Below, piece after piece: positions 16,668-20,000 of a stretch of 20,000 nt of DNA. The stretch's first letter is position 1, and each line of letters opens with the position of its first letter. This DNA comes from an uncultured virus (IMG/VR IMGVR_UViG_3300008885_000050) (taxonomy: Duplodnaviria; Heunggongvirae; Uroviricota; Caudoviricetes). Under the pieces are notes generated by a model. The model was not told where the DNA came from. It was given only the letters and a program-made list of their open reading frames with translations, and did not search any database. A program made the translations under genes and the position numbers. The stretch lies in IMG/VR virus record IMGVR_UViG_3300008885_000050; one strand, given 5' to 3'.

Positions 16668-17438
16668 ATGACAATGACGACCAGCGCCAAGGGCAAGCTG
16701 GAGATCATCTCGCATGAGGCGATCGTGGTATGCCCATATCTGGACAGCGTCGGGGTCTGGACGTGGGGCATCGGCCACACCTCCGGCGCCGGCGAACCGC
16801 ATCCCGCCGACATGCCGAAGGGCGTCGCCTCGCCGATCCCGGATGTCCTCGCCGCCTTTTCAAAGGATCTCGCCAAGTATGAGGACCGCGTCCGCAGGGC
16901 CTTCACACGGCCGCTGACGCAGGCTCAGTTCGATGCCGCGGTCTCGTTCGACTTCAACACTGGAGCGATCGACCGTGCCTCTTGGGTGCGAGCGTTCAAC
17001 GCCGGCAGCAACAGATTGACGGTCAGCGGTGACTTCATGATCTGGCGAACCCCTGGCAGCATCATCGATCGGCGCAAAGCCGAATGCGCGCTGTTCTTCG
17101 ATGGCAAGTATTCGAACTATGGCACCGCTTCGGTCTATACGGCCGATGCGGCGGGCCATGTCCTGTGGAGCAAGGGCAAGCGCGTCAATGTGGCCGCCCT
17201 TCTGAGCGCGCCACAGCCCGCACCCCAGGTCCAGCCAACCCCTGCCCGCGCAGTGCCACAGACGGCCGCGCCAGCGCCTGCTTCGTCCGTTCCGCCATCA
17301 TCGCCGGTCCTGCAGAAACAACACACCGCAGTGCCGCTTGCCGCAGCCGGCTTGGGCGCAGCCGTAGCCTACTACTGGCAGCATCTGCACGATCTGGCCC
17401 TATCCATCATCCACCATGTCGAAAGGTTTCTGCCATGA
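16668..17438 (+). CDS. Endolysin, GH24 phage lysozyme with Pro-rich linker and hydrophobic C-terminal tail, 256 aa
   Basis: Catalytic E17-x8-D26-x5-T32 (HEAIVVCPYLDSVGVWTWGIGHT), QAQFDAAVSF.FN.G, RR.AE..LF; SD AAGGA. Confidence 0.93.
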   Translation: MTMTTSAKGKLEIISHEAIVVCPYLDSVGVWTWGIGHTSGAGEPHPADMPKGVASPIPDVLAAFSKDLAKYEDRVRRAFTRPLTQAQFDAAVSFDFNTGAIDRASWVRAFNAGSNRLTVSGDFMIWRTPGSIIDRRKAECALFFDGKYSNYGTASVYTADAAGHVLWSKGKRVNVAALLSAPQPAPQVQPTPARAVPQTAAPAPASSVPPSSPVLQKQHTAVPLAAAGLGAAVAYYWQHLHDLALSIIHHVERFLP

Positions 17439-17632
17439 CTTCCGTTATCGCAAGGATTGCACTCCGCTATGGCGCCGGCGCGTTGCTCGGGCCTGTGGTT
17501 CTTCAGAAATTCGGCATCGATCCCAACGTCATCGCCAATGATCCCGACATGCAGATGATGGTCGCCGGCGGCATCGCTGCCGTTTGCGAGGGCTGGACTT
17601 TGCTGGCCCATCGCTTCGGCTGGAAGACGTAA
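17435..17632 (+). CDS. Small membrane protein, holin candidate, 65 aa (MTSVIARIALRYGAGALL...RFGWKT)
   Basis: ATGA overlap with the endolysin; two hydrophobic segments. Confidence 0.65.
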   Translation: MTSVIARIALRYGAGALLGPVVLQKFGIDPNVIANDPDMQMMVAGGIAAVCEGWTLLAHRFGWKT

Positions 17633-17682
17633 TCGCCCCTTCCCCGCACTCGTTCCCCTCCTTCCCAACCATTGAGGTTCCC

Positions 17683-18183
17683 ATGTCCATTTTCAGTCAG
17701 TTTTCACAAGAGACCGCACCAGCACTTGCAGCCATCGAAGAGGACGCCACCAAGGCGATCGAAGACGGGCGCCAGTGGATCGCCGGCATGTTCGCCCGCT
17801 TGAACGACTTCAAGACCGCCCTCGAAAAGGACATCGCCGACTTCGAGGGCATCATCAAGCAGGCCGCGTCCGACGCCGAAGCGACGATCGCTGGGAAGAA
17901 GGAGGCGCTCGCCAAGGTCAACGCCGAGATCGCGACGTACTCCGGGCTCGTGCCGCCAGCCGCCCAGGCGCCGGCTCAGGAGCCGGGAACAGGCACCGAG
18001 CCGGTCACCGCTGAGCCCCAAACCACCGCCGAAACTGCGGAACCTGCGGCGACAGTTGAACCGGCACCGGTTGAGCCCGCCGTCACCACGGAGCCCGCTC
18101 CGGTCGTCGAGCCGACAGAGCCGGCCGCACCGGCTTCCGAAGCGGCACCGGTCGACCCGGCTCCGGCCGCGCCGGCGGCGTAG
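17683..18183 (+). CDS. Hypothetical protein: N-terminal coiled coil plus acidic Pro/Ala/Glu-rich tail, 166 aa
   Basis: SD GAGG before ATG 17683; heptad-like helix, then repeated EPA/EPV/EPT units. Confidence 0.75.
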   Translation: MSIFSQFSQETAPALAAIEEDATKAIEDGRQWIAGMFARLNDFKTALEKDIADFEGIIKQAASDAEATIAGKKEALAKVNAEIATYSGLVPPAAQAPAQEPGTGTEPVTAEPQTTAETAEPAATVEPAPVEPAVTTEPAPVVEPTEPAAPASEAAPVDPAPAAPAA

Positions 18184-18201
18184 TCGGCGAAGGACACTCA
18201 G

Positions 18202-18303
18202 ATGGAAGGCCGTGTTCCAGTCTTCGCCGCCTACTTGCGCCAGTCGTGGCCGCTGTTCGTCATCGGCCTCGTCATCGGCCTGGGCATTGGAGTGTGGCTA
18301 TGA
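18202..18303 (+). CDS. 33-aa single-TM peptide (MEGRVPVFAAYLRQSWPLFVIGLVIGLGIGVWL); absent from the ORF track
   Basis: SD AAGGA; ATGA overlap with the next gene; GxxxGxxxG TM segment. Confidence 0.62.
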   Translation: MEGRVPVFAAYLRQSWPLFVIGLVIGLGIGVWL

Positions 18304-18593
18304 GCGAGGTCAGGACAGAACCGGTAAAGGCGACGCTGTTCGACGACATCGACCAGGTGCAAGCCACGCCAGGCGCTTTCGAATATTACCGTGAGGGCGA
18401 TCGGTTCCCGGCCGGAATGATCTATTGCTGCCCTTGCGGCTGCGGCGCGACCGGCGCTCTCGCGTTCCGACCACATGCGTCGCCCTCGTGGGAGTGGGAT
18501 GGCAACAAGGAAGCGCCGACGCTCACCCCGTCAGTGCATCACGTTGGGCACTGGCATGGCTTCCTCACCGACGGCATCTGGAGGTCATGCTGA
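18300..18593 (+). CDS. DUF6527-like Cys/His metal-binding protein, 97 aa
   Basis: CCPCGCG...WEWDG...PTLTPSV...HWHGFLTDG pattern. Confidence 0.75.
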   Translation: MSEVRTEPVKATLFDDIDQVQATPGAFEYYREGDRFPAGMIYCCPCGCGATGALAFRPHASPSWEWDGNKEAPTLTPSVHHVGHWHGFLTDGIWRSC

Positions 18594-18976
18594 TGCTCGC
18601 GCTCCTTGGCACCATCCTCAGCTGGCTCTCCTCCGGCCCGCTCGACCGGATCCTGACGTCCATCGACAAGCACGGCAACGATCTGACCGACCGCGAAAAG
18701 ATCAAGACCGATGCCGTCTCGCAATATGTGCAGGCCCAGGTCTCCATCGCCAATTCCAGGCAGTGGTTCTTTCCGCTCTTCTTCGTCGTCCCGGCCGGCC
18801 TCTGGTTCGCGTCGGTATGCCTCTATTCCGTGCTCTTCTGCCGTGGCTGCGCTTTCCCGCAAACATGGACGATAGCCGCTCTTCCGCCGCCGCTCGACCA
18901 GTGGATGGGTTGGATAGTCACCTCGCTGTTCATCGGCCGGGCAGGGTCGGACCTGCTCGCTCGCCTGAAGAAATAG
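18593..18976 (+). CDS. Membrane protein, probable 3-TM holin (GTA-holin-like), 127 aa
   Basis: SD GGAGG, TGATG overlap; N-terminal amphipathic/TM segment, charged linker, two TM helices, basic C-terminus. Confidence 0.65.
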   Translation: MLALLGTILSWLSSGPLDRILTSIDKHGNDLTDREKIKTDAVSQYVQAQVSIANSRQWFFPLFFVVPAGLWFASVCLYSVLFCRGCAFPQTWTIAALPPPLDQWMGWIVTSLFIGRAGSDLLARLKK

Positions 18977-19025
18977 CCTTTAGAAACCGCGCTGCCTGGA
19001 CGCGCGTTACAGGGAAGTTCGCAGT

Positions 19026-19457
19026 ATGAAGCACCAAACTGATGAGGATGAGGCGATGCAACAAGACGCAGCAGTTCACATCAACTGGCGAACATTCAAC
19101 ATTCCCAGCCTGCTCACAGCTATCGGTACCGCCGTCGCAGTCGTTACCTACGTCAACAGCCTGGATGCGCGCTTGGCCAAGGTCGAAGAGCGCTCGGTCA
19201 TCACCGACAAGAAATTCGACGACATCCAAAAGTCGCTCGATCCGCTGGTGAACATGCCCTACCGCGTGAACGTCCTTGAGCAGCAAGCGACGGCTATAAA
19301 TCAGCGCATCGATCGCTTCACGGAGGTCATCACCGGGACGATGGAACTGATTCGGAAGGACGTTGGCGATCTCTCCACGAAGGTGGAGGTCCTTTCCAAC
19401 AAGATCGACAACCTGACGCCGGCGAAAAAGGCTGAACTCAGCTTGCCTCGCGGCTGA
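19026..19457 (+). CDS. N-terminal TM plus long coiled-coil protein of the lysis region (start 19026 or 19056)
   Basis: TM segment IPSLLTAIGTAVAVVTYV followed by heptad repeats. Confidence 0.7.
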   Translation: MKHQTDEDEAMQQDAAVHINWRTFNIPSLLTAIGTAVAVVTYVNSLDARLAKVEERSVITDKKFDDIQKSLDPLVNMPYRVNVLEQQATAINQRIDRFTEVITGTMELIRKDVGDLSTKVEVLSNKIDNLTPAKKAELSLPRG

Positions 19458-19504
19458 TCGAGATCCGCGCCCGGCGGTTCCGGGCAACTCCCAAGACTGA
19501 CCTC

Positions 19505-19537
19505 GCCCCGCTGGCTTCACGCCGGCGGGGCTTTTTT
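19505..19537 (+). terminator. Rho-independent terminator ending the late operon
   Basis: GCCCCGCTGGC-TTCAC-GCCGGCGGGGC stem (11 bp, one G-U pair) followed by TTTTTT. Confidence 0.92.
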
Positions 19538-19566
19538 CGTTTCGAGGAGCGCTCTATATCGGCTCG

Positions 19567-19818
19567 ATGAGCACGCTCTCTGAAATCAAGGCTTCAGGCG
19601 AAGGCCTTATGGCTAACTGCGCCGGCCCAAATTGCGGACACGGCAAGAAGCTCGACATCGACATGCTGATAGAGAGGTTCGGAACCGACTATGAGGTTGT
19701 CAACGAGCGGCGCATAGCTGTCGCCTGCAAATGCGACCGGTGCGGGCACAAGGGCGCAGTGGTCCACATGGTCGCGAATTCAACGCCGTCAGGCTATTCG
19801 AAGGCGAAGGGCCAATGA
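19567..19818 (+). CDS. Small Zn-ribbon-like protein, 83 aa
   Basis: C-x4-C-GH...CxxC motifs with LD...LIERFG.D. Confidence 0.72.
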   Translation: MSTLSEIKASGEGLMANCAGPNCGHGKKLDIDMLIERFGTDYEVVNERRIAVACKCDRCGHKGAVVHMVANSTPSGYSKAKGQ

Positions 19819-20000
19819 CCGACGCTTCCAGAACGGTCTATCAAGTCCTGATCCCCGACATCGTTGGCGGCCGGTCTGGGTCGAAAGTTCTCCTCAGTAC
19901 GAACGACAAGGCCGAAGCGGAATCGTTGGCTGAGGCGATGCGTCAGGACGGCGTGAAGGCGAGGATTGAGCCGCTGGCGCCTAAGCCGAAAAAGCGCTAA
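19815..20000 (+). CDS. Hypothetical protein, 61 aa, SPOR-like beta-alpha-beta pattern
   Basis: ATGA overlap; YQV...KAEAESLAEAMRQDGVKARI; TAA at 19998-20000. Confidence 0.6.
   Translation: MTDASRTVYQVLIPDIVGGRSGSKVLLSTNDKAEAESLAEAMRQDGVKARIEPLAPKPKKR

Larger units (their letters stand above)
1..20000 (+). mobile_element. Prophage late region (contractile tail, baseplate, fibres, lysis); extends beyond the left edge and probably the right
   Basis: Continuous, tightly coupled + strand gene order typical of P2/Mu-like myovirus tail modules followed by a lysis cassette; no host housekeeping genes in the window. Confidence 0.93.

Noticed and set aside
17960..18180. CRISPR-like or tandem DNA repeat array
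   Set aside because: Degenerate GAGCC units simply encode the EPA-rich protein tail; there is no repeat-spacer structure
19042..19251. Embedded Rz1-like o-spanin in the TM/coiled-coil gene
   Set aside because: No hydrophobic signal peptide or lipobox
1..20000. Tailocin, eCIS or GTA instead of a prophage
   Set aside because: Head genes would lie upstream, outside the window; the gp10-like gene and morons fit a prophage, though this cannot be formally excluded

Overview
The window is the late-gene half of a GC-rich temperate myovirus-type prophage. The gene families and style suggest an alphaproteobacterial, probably Rhizobiales, host, which is an inference. On the + strand it runs: tail tube C-terminus, tail-assembly chaperone with a likely -1 frameshift (GGGGGAA), HK97-gp10-like gene, tape measure, a P2/Mu-type baseplate (U, X/LysM, D, V, W, J, I), three fibre/spike-like proteins with chaperones, a seven-gene lysis region, a Rho-independent terminator and two small genes. 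Two minus-strand insertions interrupt the late operon. One is a single small membrane-protein gene before the tape measure. The other is a four-gene cassette (16614->14409), three genes of it translationally coupled, centred on an orphan GtrII-like (GT-C) membrane glycosyltransferase and lying next to a compositionally distinct second receptor-binding protein. This possible receptor-binding plus receptor-modification module is the most interesting element. No capsid, integrase, RT, CRISPR or RNA genes are visible. Family assignments come from motif recognition and synteny, not database searches.
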